64,000 nt of DNA from Mustelus asterias. Its lineage: Eukaryota. The stretch is from contig NC_135808.1 of the NCBI RefSeq assembly GCF_964213995.1, positions 55,552,001-55,616,000 on the forward strand, given 5' to 3'. The translations under genes and the position numbers were made by a program. This document shows positions 12,202 to 24,599 of this stretch, one piece after another. The notes beneath the pieces are model-generated. The model did no database searches and was not told the DNA's origin. It saw nothing but the letters and a program-made list of their open reading frames with translations. Position 1 is the stretch's first letter, and every line of letters begins with the position of its first letter.

Positions 12202-13978
12202 CTGGAAACGGATTCTTAAATATAAAAAATGTAGACAGTGAAAAAAGGATGGCCGTACCAAATCAAATTCCCACAAGTGGCTGAACAGAGCTGATGGGCA
12301 GTATTTGTTAGTATTTCAAAAACATCAGTGCATTCCCAGATTTTGAACAAGAGTCTTTCTGTTTCCTGGTGCTTTTCTGCCATGAAGGAGCTTGGCAAAT
12401 ATATTAGTCTCAACATAGGTGGCTCTCACGACTGTGTTTGAGAGGCTGCATTGTACTAATCCCTTGAGTATTGGTAGATTGAAGACATTTCTGGCTCAAT
12501 CTTTTCTTTTTCCTTTGATTTGGCAAACCTGGGTTGAAAAAGAGTGCCTTCAAAATAGTGTTGGAATTGCGCAAATTGTTACCTAATGTCTAAATACTGA
12601 AATGACCATTAATGCCAAAACAATTATCTTAGGGCACAATGTTTTTGGCAGATACTTCAACTTAATGTCTAAAGCTCTGCATCTGTTTTCTTATTCTTAT
12701 GTAGGGAAAATGAATAATGGGAAAACTTTGTACACTTCATGATGATGGACAAATTGAGGAATTCCCAGTTTCTGGAAATTTGGGCCTCCTCTTCTAGAAT
12801 TATGGTTGAATAAGACCCTGTTGGACACCAATAGTTACAGGTCATATTTTACATGAAGGATGTTTATGAACATTATTTTAGTTATTAACTAAGTAATGCC
12901 CAACTTGTTATGGCATTGAGCTACCAGTACAGAAAGCACAGTTTGACCTGATGCACTCATCTCAGCTGATGAGACTGCGACAATAATCCAGTTCATGATA
13001 GACCAGTAAAAATAAAATCCAACAATGCAATAATGTTTGAAATGAGAAGGAAAAAACATATATTAATACCCATCTGTACAGGCATTGGGTGAAGAAGAAG
13101 ATGGGGCCTGGATGGACACAGCCAACAGCTGAATAGTGCATTGACTATGTAGGCATTGGTGAAGCTTGATCACCTGAGGAAGGTACAAGAAAACAGCCTT
13201 TGAATGGTGAGCATTTTAGGAAAGATCTAAAAATGGTAACAAGTTATCAAATAAAAAGTTTGTAATTGATAGGAATTGTGAATCCAGAAATTATCATTCA
13301 TGTACTTTCCGATCACTCAAGTAATTCCTGAAGATTGAAAGTTAGTTTGGTGCTAAGAGAATGAATGAATGTTCCCTCCGTCAATTTATAAAGAAACAAA
13401 TGCAAAAATAATCAAGTTAAGAGTGCTATTAAAAATATATCATACAGGAATCACCTTACAACATGAGATGAACTCAAAGGAACTGGGATCTTTTATAATT
13501 TTTCCGTTGCATTCCCTATGATATTCCCTGGAAAAAAAACCAATGAGCAAGTGATTCTAAGGCTCGTACAGCAGGTACCATTGTGTAATGAGATACTCTG
13601 CAGCCAGAGAAAAAAATCACAAAAGAGAAAACTGGTTCACTGAAATATTTTTAAAAAAAACTGACATCCAACTCGTTGGCTTTTAACTTTGAGTAGCAGT
13701 AAATAAACTATATTGGCATTGACAAGAACTTCCAATATTTTTAATGGAAACAGGTTTGGCTTGATCAGAGAGGGAAGAGAAAAGCAAAAGATGGTAAAGC
13801 CAGAGAATAGCTAAATATTTTTTCTCTAGCTCTCCCCGGCATGTCATTTAACTTGCAAAATCAAAATTGCAGTAATATTTGGGGTGCTGTATCTTTTGAC
13901 CATTTTCTTGGATACATAGCATGAATTAATCCGCTGCTGCAGACTATGCAATTTATAGCAGATGTACTGCAGAGTTAC

Positions 13979-14079
13979 CTTTTGCATGCATCAAGTGAAG
14001 CTTTCACAATCAGATGGGCATCACCTTCCTTAATAAGACTGACATTTCTTACACCTTGCCACAGATTGATTTCTACTTT
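13979..14079 (-). CDS. Candidate internal coding exon of an unidentified host gene
   Basis: T-rich tract then tgtAG acceptor, AAG|GTAACT donor, open frame KVEINLWQGVRNVSLIKEGDAHLIVKASLDACK. Phase-compatible with the 12201 acceptor. Confidence 0.27.
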
Positions 14080-14697
14080 CTACAAGCTGAAAACAGTAAT
14101 CAGAAATATACAAAAAAACATAAATGAGTGACACATACTAAAATGGTCACCAACGCTAGAGGCTGGAACTAGTCCATGAGATCTGATTTATGTCAAGATA
14201 AGGTACATTTGCAATTTTGATTATTTGTACAAATATCATCGATACACGAGACAATAATATACATTCGACTGAGGTGAGGAATGGGGCCCTGTCCCTGGTG
14301 GTGTAAAAAGAGGATACAGGCAGTGACAGTTGTAACAAGGACAGATGTTATTTATAAAAGTCAAATTGATTACTGGAAGTACAGAAACAGATGTAGAAAT
14401 TGTACTGGTGTCTTTACAGTTAACTCAACTGTCAAGAGCTTACTTTAACTGAAAATAAAATCAGCATCTGTTGACTAAATGTAAACATCTGTAAAGGATA
14501 GAACTCTGATAATACAATTTGGGACAACCTACATTATTTGCGATTGTGGTGAATTAAAAAGCAAGTGGGGTTTCCATGACAGCCTGGAAAAACAGAGCTA
14601 TTGTGTTCTATGACTAAGAGGATAGAGACTTCATAGAAGTTGCTGACAGTAAAAAAATGACCAAACTTGAGTATGCCAACTCTGCCATGAACTTTTC

Positions 14698-14931
14698 TGT
14701 AATGACCTTAACAAGGCCCATGTAGTTGGCCTCTTGGAGTATGAGCTCTCTGATTAAGGTAATGATTGCCTGTCCAATCAGGGAGTCTCACATGTGCACA
14801 TTATGAGGAGTGTCAGGTCTACTGACACTTCGGATTCTGACTTTGTACCAGAAGCACTCTTACAAGTGGGGACAAGTTTGTAAATAAAGAGAATCTGGTG
14901 AAGGGACACCAGCCTTTGAGGAGTTATTTCA
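14698..14931 (+). mobile_element. Solo LTR (Gypsy-type)
   Basis: TGTAA...TTTCA termini, AATAAA ~45 nt from the end, flanks TTTTC/GTTTC (5-bp TSD with 1 mismatch). The 3' end resembles the LTR at 61201-61454. Confidence 0.7.
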
Positions 14932-16279
14932 GTTTCCAATTGCCCAGACCACTTGTTTACATTAAGTTTAAAACAGATGTGACTTAAGCCAAGGAACCAA
15001 ACACTTATAATTACAGGACGTTTGAAACCCTTACCATATAAGAGTGGTCATAGTCTATTTTTCCAGGCAGTTTTGAATTGATCTTTTCAGTGCTGAAAAT
15101 AACGTGGTGTTTGTCCATCCACTGTGCAATTCTGTGTGTAACTGCTGATATTCATTACAATATAGCCATACAGGTTAATGATAATTGAAATTGGCAAGAT
15201 ATATCTAATTTGTATGAACCCAAAAGTGGTTTCTGCCTTGAAACACAACCCTTCTTTATCTTGTTCTTAACCATAAATATTATGTTGAATTATTTTCTTA
15301 CCATTTTTAGTGTTCATAAATATCTAGCAGAGGCCGTCCTGTGTGGCTGATTGTAGTGATAAATGCTGCAATCGTCAGCTACAAGACAGACATCTTGAGT
15401 TGGGGTTTGTTGGAGTGGGGTATGTAGCAGTGTACCTTGTTAGTTAGATTTTATCCTACACCTTTGAGTTCAAACTTTGCCCTCCAAGTTGCTGGAAGTG
15501 CAAGCTGATAAGGGCATGTTTAAAAAAAAGGTTCTTTGGATCTTGCTGAACAATAGGAAAGGTAAAGTATCTCATCATTCAATGAGGTTAAACTGAGAAA
15601 TAAACAGAGGCAGGACTGCGAAGTAGAGTTAATTCAATGTCAAATTGGTGGAGTAAAGGAAAAATTGGATAAAAGGCGAGAGAAAATAGACAGGAAAAGA
15701 AAAAAGAAAGTAACTTCTGACATTTTTAATATCTCCATTTCTGAAGGAATGTGAATCCACAATTGTTCAATTTTGGGCCAGATATTAACAGTCATGAATA
15801 ATTATAAAGTTGTTTAAAAGGTACTTATGCTATTATAAGTTGATATGACCCTTTATGACAAGCTTAATGTGCATTTAATCTGCAAATGTAGCAACTTTAT
15901 GAAACTTAGAGGAAGGTTATAAATGACCTCCTCTTTTCACAAGGTTAACTGTGTTGTGGCACAAATCGTTCATCAATTTGTGGCGATCCACAAGGGACAG
16001 TACATCTCTAAATCATTGTAAGCCGCTGGCCGATTTATACATATATACACTCCCCATTTGGCAGCAAATTCTGGGCTAATAAAAATATCTGAAATAGAAA
16101 ACAAACTGTAGAAAAGAGAATGGTGAAAACTTTTTTGCCTGTAGGAAGTTCATCTGTTTCAGAACTTTTAATTTAATATGAAAAGGAAGCTGACGCATTA
16201 ACACTCTTCTATAACTTAAAACAATAAAAACTGACAGTGAGGCAGCTTGCCTCTTGGCAGAACTCATGGATTTTATTTT

Positions 16280-17000
16280 TATTCAGAAATAGGATGTGTT
16301 CATGCTGGCAGAGTCAGCATTTGTTTCCCATCCCTAATTACCTTTAAGAAGGTGCTGGTGAGTCACCTTCTTGAACCACTGCAGAAGACCTGGTGTTTGT
16401 ACACCCAGTGGTGCTAGGAAGGGAGTTCCACATTCTCCCAAAGATGGTGAAGGAATGGCAATATAGGCCGGAATTCACCAGCTGCTCATGCCAGCAGGAT
16501 TCTCTGCTCCCGCTGGTGGCGCACGCCCTGCCACGTGTTTCCCAGCAGTGTGGGGTGGCTTCAACGGGAATTCCCATTGACAGTGGCGGGACCAGAGGAT
16601 CTCGCCACCAGCGAAGAGTGCACCATCTCTCGCTACCGAGCAAATTGCTGAGGGGAGGTCAGAGAATCTTGGCCATCGTTTCAAATTAGGGTGGTATTTG
16701 ACTTGGAAGGAAACTTGCAGGTTGTGGCACTCCCATGCATCTGTTGCTCTTGTTCTACTGTGTGATAGAGGTTGCATGTTTGGAAGGTGTGGTCAAAGAA
16801 TGATTGGTGAGTTGCTGCAGTGCATCTTGTAGATGATACACATTGCTGTCAAAGCACAGGTGGTCGAAGGAATGAATGTTTAAGGTGGTGGATGAGATGC
16901 CAATCAAGCAAGCTGCAATGTCCTGGAACGTTGTTAGAACTGCACACATTCAGTCAAATCAAAAATATTCCACCATACTCTTGACTTGTACCTTGTAAAT
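16280..17000 (-). mobile_element. 3' end of a CR1-group LINE (second family), decayed
   Basis: AACLIG..STTLNIHSF motif, shared with the 24600-25890 and 32340-33490 copies. Confidence 0.75.
16466..16674. mobile_element. ~210-bp MITE nested in the LINE
   Basis: Termini GGCCGGAATTC / GAATCTTGGCC; a GC-rich block that interrupts otherwise continuous LINE sequence. Confidence 0.65.
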
Positions 17001-17002
17001 AA

Positions 17003-18112
17003 TGTTATGAAGGGGGAGGTTGATCTCCTCACTGAGAACTAACACTCATCCACTCAAAGTACCTCGCTTCATAATCTGTAAAAGAGTGTGTGAGAAGGGG
17101 TAATATCTGCACTCCAGCAACTTTTAGTGGTTAATCAAAATAACTACCGAAGATTCTCTCTCTAAAAGCAACAAGTAACACTTTATTAATCTAACAGTGA
17201 ACAGGCTAACTAAACTATTAACAAACCGAATATTCTAATAGAATGCTATTTAGATAAATACAATTCCCACTTATTAACAAAAAAAATAGAATTTCTCGTC
17301 ACTCTCAAAATATAACCAGGTTTTATCTTCCGGAATCTTCTGTCTTTGCTGATTTCTTTTGTCTTCACTATCTTCTGTGTGGAGTTTGCACATTCTCCTC
17401 GTGTCTGCGTGGGTTTCCTCCGAGTGCTCCGGTTTCCTCCCACAGTCCAAAGATGTGCGGGTTAGGTTGATTGGCTATGCTAAAAATTGCCCTTAGTGTC
17501 CTGAGATGCGTAGGTTAGAGGGTTTAGTGGGTAAATATGTAGGGATATGGGGGTAGATTGGGTGGGATTGTGGTCGGTGCAGACTCGATGGGCCGAATGG
17601 CCTCTTTCTGTACTGTAGGGTTTCTATGATTTCTATGACTTCTGTTGGTACCTTTGTGATTGACATGAGGCTTTCTTTTAAGATATAAATACAGCTATGA
17701 GAGATTCAGCAAGTTTCTCTTTCTCTCTGAGAGCTGAACTAAGCTGCGACTCAGCAGGTGGCAGGTGTTCTTTTACCGTTTGTGCCACTGCTCCCATCTT
17801 TTACACCCCTGATGACATATGAAAATCCCCACAATAGGATTGGTTTACAAGTCACCAAAACATCAAATTCAAATCTGATAGGCTACTGTTATTCAAATGC
17901 CTAGTTTAAACTGATTGGTTAAAATTCAAAAACAACTTGTTGTCTTGGCAGCACTACTGCCTAGCCTCGCAATACAATGTTTCAGTCTGTGTACTTGCAT
18001 TTTGCACCTGCATCTCTTAAAAACACCAGTTTGTTAACAGAACCATGAAATTTTACAACTCTTAGCATTTTACAATTTTAAAAATAATTTTACAAACATT
18101 AATTTCACAACA
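17003..18112 (-). repeat. 3' LTR of the Gmr1-like Gypsy element
   Basis: On the minus strand TGTTGTGAA...TTCATAACA termini, immediately preceded by a polypurine tract (AAG6AGG-type run, ~18113-18123) downstream of the RNase H ORF. Confidence 0.8.
17374..17638 (+). mobile_element. HE1/V-SINE-like SINE, 5'-truncated, inserted in the LTR
   Basis: V-domain core GGGTTTCCTCC..GTGCTCCGGTTTCCTCCCACAGTCCAAAGATGTGCGGGTTAGG and a CR1-like tail ending in TTCTATGA repeats. Confidence 0.88.
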
Positions 18113-21100
18113 CCTCCCCCCTTAAGAAAAAAATGAACCATTATTATGAAAAGATGGCTTTATTTTTTCTTTTCTTTTAAACTCGCGATGAAGCATCCGC
18201 AATAGCATTTTCACAACCCACAACATGTATAATCTGTAAATTAAATGCTTGCAACACAAGACTCCAATGAAACAGTCTGGCGTTCTTGTCCTTGAATCTC
18301 TCCAGCAATGTCAAAGTATTGTGATCGGTATATACAATCGTCTCTGATGCGTTGTTTGTAATGTGAACATTAAAATGTTGTGAGGCCATTACTAAATTCA
18401 ATAACTTCTTTTCAATTGTGGAATATTTTGTCTGGTGGATATTGAGTTTTTTCAAAAAATAACTGATTGGCCTTTCAATTTCACAATCTTCCTCCTGTAA
18501 CAACACAGCTCCAACTCCTGCATCGCTGACGTCGATGGTGACTTTGAAGGGTTTCAAAAAATTTGGTGTGGCTAAAACAAGTGCAGTGGTTAACACTGCT
18601 TTCAAATTCTCAAATGCCTCCTGGCATTGTTCTGTCCACCAAAATTTCATGTTCTTTTTTAACAAATCTGTCAATGGTGCCACTACGCTAAGAAAGTTTG
18701 GTACAAATTTTCTGTATAATCCACTCAATCCTAAAAATCGTAGCATTTTCTTCTTCAATGGTGGTCTTGGAAATTCCTCCATGGCTTTCGTCTTCATGTT
18801 TCTCGGTGTCATCCGTCAATATTCAAAGTTGTGTCCGAAGAAAGTCACGTCCGCCTTTGCAAATTCTATTTTTGCCAAGTTTATGACCAACTTTGTCTTC
18901 TGTAGTCTCTCAAAGAGCTCTGCCAAATGCACCATGTGATCTCTCCATGAATGACTAAAGATCACTAAGTCATCTATGTAGACAGCACAATTAGTCAATC
19001 CTGCAACAATTCTGTTCATAAGCCTTTGAAAAGTAGCTGGTGCGCTTTTCATCCCTAAGCGCATTACCTCAAATTGATATAGCCCATTTGGGGTGACAAG
19101 GCAGAAACTTATTTTGCTCGCTTTGACAAAGGTACTTGCCAGTAACCGCGAAGTAAGTCCAGCTTTATGATGTAAGCAACTTGTCCGACATTTTCCACAC
19201 AATCCTCCAGCCTTGGAATAGGGTATGAATCAGTTTTAGTCACAGCGTTGACCTTCCGATAACCTACGCAGAATCTTTGAGTACCATCAGGTTTGGGGAC
19301 CAACATGATCAGTGAACTCCACTCACTTTGACTCAGCTTTATGATGTCACCTTGTAGCATCGCTTCCACTACCTTCTGAACCTGCACTGCTTTGAGAGAA
19401 TTAAGCCGATAGGGGTGTCGTTTTATCGGAACAGCATTCTCTACGTCAACCGCACGTACTATATCATTCAGTTCTCTGTTTCTGAGACAGATAGTGCACT
19501 ACCCTATTCCATTCCTTAAGGCCTTCTTCATTATTCAATTTATTCTGAGGCACATCAAAATCCACATCATCTGGATTTGATTCCTCATTCTGAGTGGCAG
19601 TAATTAATATCTGTTTCTCTGGTTCCCTTTCCCTGTCATAGAACTGTTTTAGCATGTTTACATGACATACCCTATACATTTTTTTCCTATCTGGCATCTT
19701 TACCAGATAATTCACCTGACTTAACTTCTCAATCTGATAGGGATCACTAAACCTGGCTTTCAAGGGATCTCCTACCTCTGGTAATAGCACCCACGGGCAA
19801 ACGTACGAATTTTAGATTTCTTATCTGCTTCTTGTTTCATTAGGTGCTGGGCCACCTTCAAGTTTGTCAAGCTAATTCACCCACTCAGTTTAATTTTTCT
19901 CTCACCTCAGATACATAATCCAACTGAGAGATCTCTGACTTTGGACCTACCAACTTTTTCCTCAATTAATTTTAAAGGTCCTCTTACTTCATGTCCAAAT
20001 ATAAACTCAAATGGAGTAAACTGAGTTGATTCATTTGCAGCATCTCGAATAGCAAAAAATATAAAGGGGATACCTTTATCCCAATCATTTGGGTAATCCT
20101 GGCAATAAGTCTTCAACATGGCCTTTACGGTCTGATGCCACCTTTCCAGTGCTCCCTGGGATTCAGGATGGTATGCTTTTGAGGTAAAGTGTCTGATGCC
20201 TAAATTATCCATGAACCCCTTAAATAATTTGGCAGTAAAACTGGACCCTTGGTTTGACTGAATCTCCCTGGGTCACCCATAACAGGTAAAGAAAGTTCCT
20301 TCACAATTTTTTTGCCTTGATATTCCGTAAAGGAATTGCCTCTGGAAACCTGGTGGACACATCCATTACAGTTAGCAAATATTGGTTCCCACTTTTGGTT
20401 TGAGGGAGCGGACCTACACAATCAATTATAACCCATGTAAAAGGTTCTTCAAATGTGGGAATTGGTATCAAAAGTGGTGGTTTTATCACTGCCTATGGCT
20501 TTCCTACCATCTGACATGTATGACAGGTACGGCAAAATTCAACCACATCTTTATGTAATCCAGACCAATAAAAATGCTTCTGTATCTTAGCCTGAGTCTT
20601 CCTCACTCCTAGATGACCTCTGACAGGTAATTCGTGTGCTACCCGCAATACTTGCTGTCTGTATTTTACCGGGAACACAACCTGGTGAACTTCCGCCCAT
20701 TTCTCATCACACTAACCTGCCACAGTCTCCATTTCCACTTTAAGATTTTTGTCCCTAAAGGAATAGCATTTTGGAATAACACTGATTTCTTTTCCGTATA
20801 GGCTTTATGATATAAATCCTTTATCATCTCATCTTTCTGTTGTAACTCCATTAAGCTTTCAGAACTAAACACCTCTGCCTGATCCTCTACCTGCTTAAGT
20901 TTTTCCTTTACCATCTCACCAAACAGCGTGTCAGCTAACTGGACCTCAGCTCCTTCATCTTTCTCTTTTGTTCTCCCTTCCTGTTTTAACTTCTGGCTAT
21001 GGGATCTGGTCACCAGACAGTCCAGAAAAATTCCAAGGTATTTTTCTTTTAACTCCTCAGTTCCCTGGTTTTCTTCTGGCTTTTCCACTATGATGAGCAT

Positions 21101-21275
21101 CACTTCCACCTATGACCCAGCTATATAGTTTCCAAGGATAAACTGTATTCCTGAAATAGCTAGTCTTCTATCACTCCTACTACCCTAGTCTTGACTGGAC
21201 TTTCCAGCCTTATTTTACACAGGGGAACACTACTCCTCTCACCATTTATTCTATACCACTCTCTTGGGCAATATT

Positions 21276-21622
21276 TCATAGAAATCATAGAAACCCTACA
21301 GTGCAGAAAGAGGCCATTCGGCCCATCGAAACTGCACCGACCACAATCCCACCCAGGCCCTATCCCCATATCCCCACATATTTACTCGCTAATCCCTCTA
21401 ACCTATGCATCCCGGGACACTAAGGGGCAATTTAGCATGGCCAATTAACCTAACCCGCACATCTTTGGACTGTGGGAGGAAACCGGAGCACCCGGAGGAA
21501 ACCCACGCAGACACAGGAAGAATGTGCAAACTCCACACAGACAGTGACCCAAGCCGGGAATCGAACCCAGATCCCTGGAGCTGTGAAGCAGCAGTGCTAA
21601 CCACTGTGCTACCGTGCCGCCC
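21276..21622 (-). mobile_element. Full-length HE1/V-SINE-like tRNA-derived SINE
   Basis: Pol III A box TAGCACAGTGG (21601-21611), B box GGTTCGATTCC (21557-21567), V-core and CR1-type tail. Confidence 0.92.
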
Positions 21623-21995
21623 CTGAAAGACCTGAGGTCTTTCACCAATTTTTCACCTTCTTGGATTTCTTTTTCCACAAGTGACAAATCAGGAGGAGTG
21701 CAAATATTTTCATCTCTATTAGAGACAGACTAGCTCCCGTATCTCTCAATATTTTAACTTCTTTACCTACTCCCCCTGCTCTACCTGAGTGAACCTTACC
21801 TACACGGTTGAAGTCTTTGAAAAGATTGAGTGCTATCTTACTATCCAGCCCATGCCTCGGATGTGCACTCTCCTTCAGCTCCTCCACTTCTTTCAAGATT
21901 TCCTTCATTGTTTTAACTAATCCCACTGGTTGAGCATCTTTCACCACATCCTTTTTCCCAGCAACTTTCTTAAGCCACAAGCACTGTGACGTTTT

Positions 21996-22842
21996 AGGCC
22001 CTGTTTTACCATTTTGATTCTAAGTGCTGGATGGACTTGAAACTGGGAGTGCTTCAGATCAGACTTTTAGACCCCATACGCACTCTGCCTGAAAAATTTC
22101 AACAATTTTGAATCGTGCTGTACAAGCCTGTGGGCGGGACTTAACGTGCCCAAAACCCTGCAGCTCCGGTCGGTGCCTCCAACTGTGCATGCGCAGACAG
22201 GAAAAAACGATAGAATGCTGCTCCCCTGCCACATCGATCCCGGGCCAGATAATGCCTCCCCCTGGCCCCCACAGCCCCACCCCCCCAATATTATTGACCT
22301 ATTTATCCCCCCACCCCGCCACAGACCAATCGCTGGCCCCTCCTCCCCTACTTATCTCAGGCAGACTGGCAGCGCACCCCCCCTTCCCCCCCATTGATCT
22401 CAGACAGAGTGGCAGTGGACCCCCCTTTCCCCCCACTGATCTCAGGCAGAGTGGCAGCAGACCCCTCTTCCTCCCACTGATCTCAGGCAGAGTGGCAAAG
22501 GAACCCCCCCCCCACCGATCTCAAGCAGAGAGCCATCGGATGCTAGGCACTACCTCCTCACTGATGGAGCGCCCAAATCGGACTTTTGTGGAGCATGTCT
22601 GTTTCGCACCGATTCTGGATGGGCAAACGCGGTGGTAAAGGGGGAAGTGCCGGTAAAGTTGGGCGTGCGGCCCATTAAGTCAATTTAAATGCATGCAATG
22701 GACTGATCACGGCCATTTCTGGGCCTTGGTAAAGGGGGAACCGACGCGAAGGTGGGCGCGGATCGTGCTACTTGCCTCATGCCTGACTTTACCAAGTTTC
22801 CGTGCCCGAAAACGGGCGCAACACAATGGAAAAATCTGGCCC
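21996..22842. mobile_element. ~850-bp MITE interrupting the Gypsy gag zinc knuckle
   Basis: Imperfect TIRs AGGCCCTGTTTTACC / GGAAAAATCTGGCCC with TTT flanks. Removing it restores C-FH-C-AKMG-H-KTSQ-C. Internal ~32-bp tandem repeats (gatctcaggcagagtggcag) at 22350-22530. Confidence 0.78.
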
Positions 22843-23250
22843 TTTGTGTCCCATCTTAGCACAGTGAAAACACCTGAGGTCTTTCACCAATTTTTCACCT
22901 TCTTGGATTTCTTTTTCCACAAGTGACAAACTGTTCCCAGTGTGATCTACTTTTTGCTTTTCATTGAAGGATCTCCCTCTTTCCCAATTTCTATCCCTCA
23001 CAGAATGAAATTGCTGTTTGAAGCGAGATTTCAATGTATGCACTAATGTGTATTCATCTGCCATCTCTGCAACTCTTCTCGCTGTTTCAACTTTCTGGTC
23101 CTCAACATTGATTCTTATCACTTCTGGAAGTGAGTTTTTAAAACTCCTCCAGCAGAATATCTCTAATAACCTCATATGTCTTTTCTATCTTTAATGCTCT
23201 CACCCATCTATCGAAGTGGCTCTACTTAATTATTTCAAACAAAATATGTT

Positions 23251-23400
23251 GAACATAAGAACTAGGAGCAGGAATAGGCCATCTGGCCCCTCGAGCCTGC
23301 TCCGCCATTCAATAAGATCATGGCTGATCTTTTCGTGGACTCAGCTCCACTTACCCGCCCACTCACCATAATCCTTAATTCCTTTACTGTTCAATAATTT
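23251..23400 (-). mobile_element. CR1 3' tail fragment
   Basis: Near reverse complement of 51560-51708. Confidence 0.85.
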
Positions 23401-23593
23401 AGTTATCCTGGTTCCTTCCTTACATTTCTGAACCGCTGTCTATATGTTTCTGGTACCAATTCGTAAGCACTCAAAACAGCTTTCTTTACTTCTTCATATT
23501 TTCCTGACACCTCCTCTGACAGCGCTGCAAACACCTCAATAGCCCTGCCTACCAACTTGGTCTGAATTAACATTACTCACATCTCCAATTGTT

Positions 23594-24580
23594 GTGGTCC
23601 ACATAGGGACCAATGACACAGGGAGGTACTGTTAATCAACAGGAAGGCGCAACTTAAAAAGCAGAGCCACAAAAGCTTATCTCTGGCTAACCTCTGAATT
23701 ATTACCCAAGCCACAAGCAAATTGGAATGGGCAAATAAGATCACAGAATGCCTTGCTCAAAGATTTGTGTGTGAGAAATGGGTTTCAATTCTCTGGGGAA
23801 TGGTACCAGTACTGGATTAAGAGGGAGATGTAACATTGCAACTGCCTTCACTTAAACCTCCTGGGACCAGTAATCTGATGAATCGTGTAACTAAGACTGT
23901 AGAAAGGGTTTTAAACTGTGGGCCTCATATGCAGGGAGATTTAGAGAGTTAACAGGAAAGGACAAGGCAACAAGTATGGAGTAGTGATTTGGGAAATGAT
24001 AACCAGAATGTGACAGGAAGGGACTGTGGCTACAAACAAATGAGTGCACAAGCAAATAGGGTCAGATTAGAGAAAAATATTAAAAAGATATGAGTAAAGA
24101 TTTGTTATTTGAATGCATGCAGCATTCATAACAAGACTGATGATTAATAGGACAAATTGAAATAAATTGTTATGATATGATGGCCAGTTCAGAGATATGG
24201 GGTGGAATTTTCCTATCCTGCCTGCCACGGGAATCACAGTGGATGGAAGAGGACCATGCAAAGGTCTGTTGACCTAGGGCGGGATCTTCTGGTCCTGTCG
24301 AAGGCGACCACCCCTCCCCCCATGTCAAGTTCCCCGGTGGCACGGGTGACAAGCAATGCAAATGACTATTGATTTTGGATGGGGAAGATCCTGCCTGCAG
24401 CCAATAGTGAGCCACCTCCCGTTGGGAAGCCTGCTGAACGTGGGGGGTGCAAATCCCCACCATGGTTGCAAGGTGACCAAGGCTGGGATGCGAGTATTCA
24501 TGGGTATTTCACAGTTCAGAAGGATAAGAACAAAAGAGATAGGATAGCTCTGTTGAAGGATGAGATCAGCACAGTAGTGT
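23594..24580 (+). mobile_element. Decayed CR1 5' region (ORF1 esterase end plus endonuclease start), interrupted by a MITE at ~24199-24461
   Basis: VVHIGTND and ICYLNACSI motifs. The insert begins GGGGTGGAATTTTCC. Confidence 0.65.
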
Positions 24581-24599
24581 GTACCATGTACAATTTTTT

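Larger units (their letters stand above)
18130..23590 (-). mobile_element. Ty3/Gypsy LTR retrotransposon internal region, Gmr1-like (gag-PR-INT-RT-RH), decayed
   Basis: gag with a CFHCAKMGH..SQC knuckle (~22860), protease ILRDTGAS (~21740), integrase HHCC and core (20680-19900; AYHPESQGALERWH), RT (19400-18816; VYIDD), RNase H (18812-18177; IDVSDAGVGAVL, VYTDH). Confidence 0.92.

Noticed and set aside
12948-12990. CTGATGA motif as another hammerhead or snoRNA box
   Set aside because: No stem II followed by GAAA downstream and no convincing C/D box pairing.
14156-14338. Additional host exon upstream of 14079
   Set aside because: All three frames hit stops before a credible donor, and the implied intron would be only ~60 nt.
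21557-21622. tRNA gene
   Set aside because: The A/B boxes run directly into the V-SINE core and LINE-type tail, so this is a SINE head, not a cloverleaf.
22350-22530. CRISPR-like repeat-spacer array
   Set aside because: Imperfect tandem units with related C-rich linkers inside a eukaryotic MITE; no unique spacers or cas genes.
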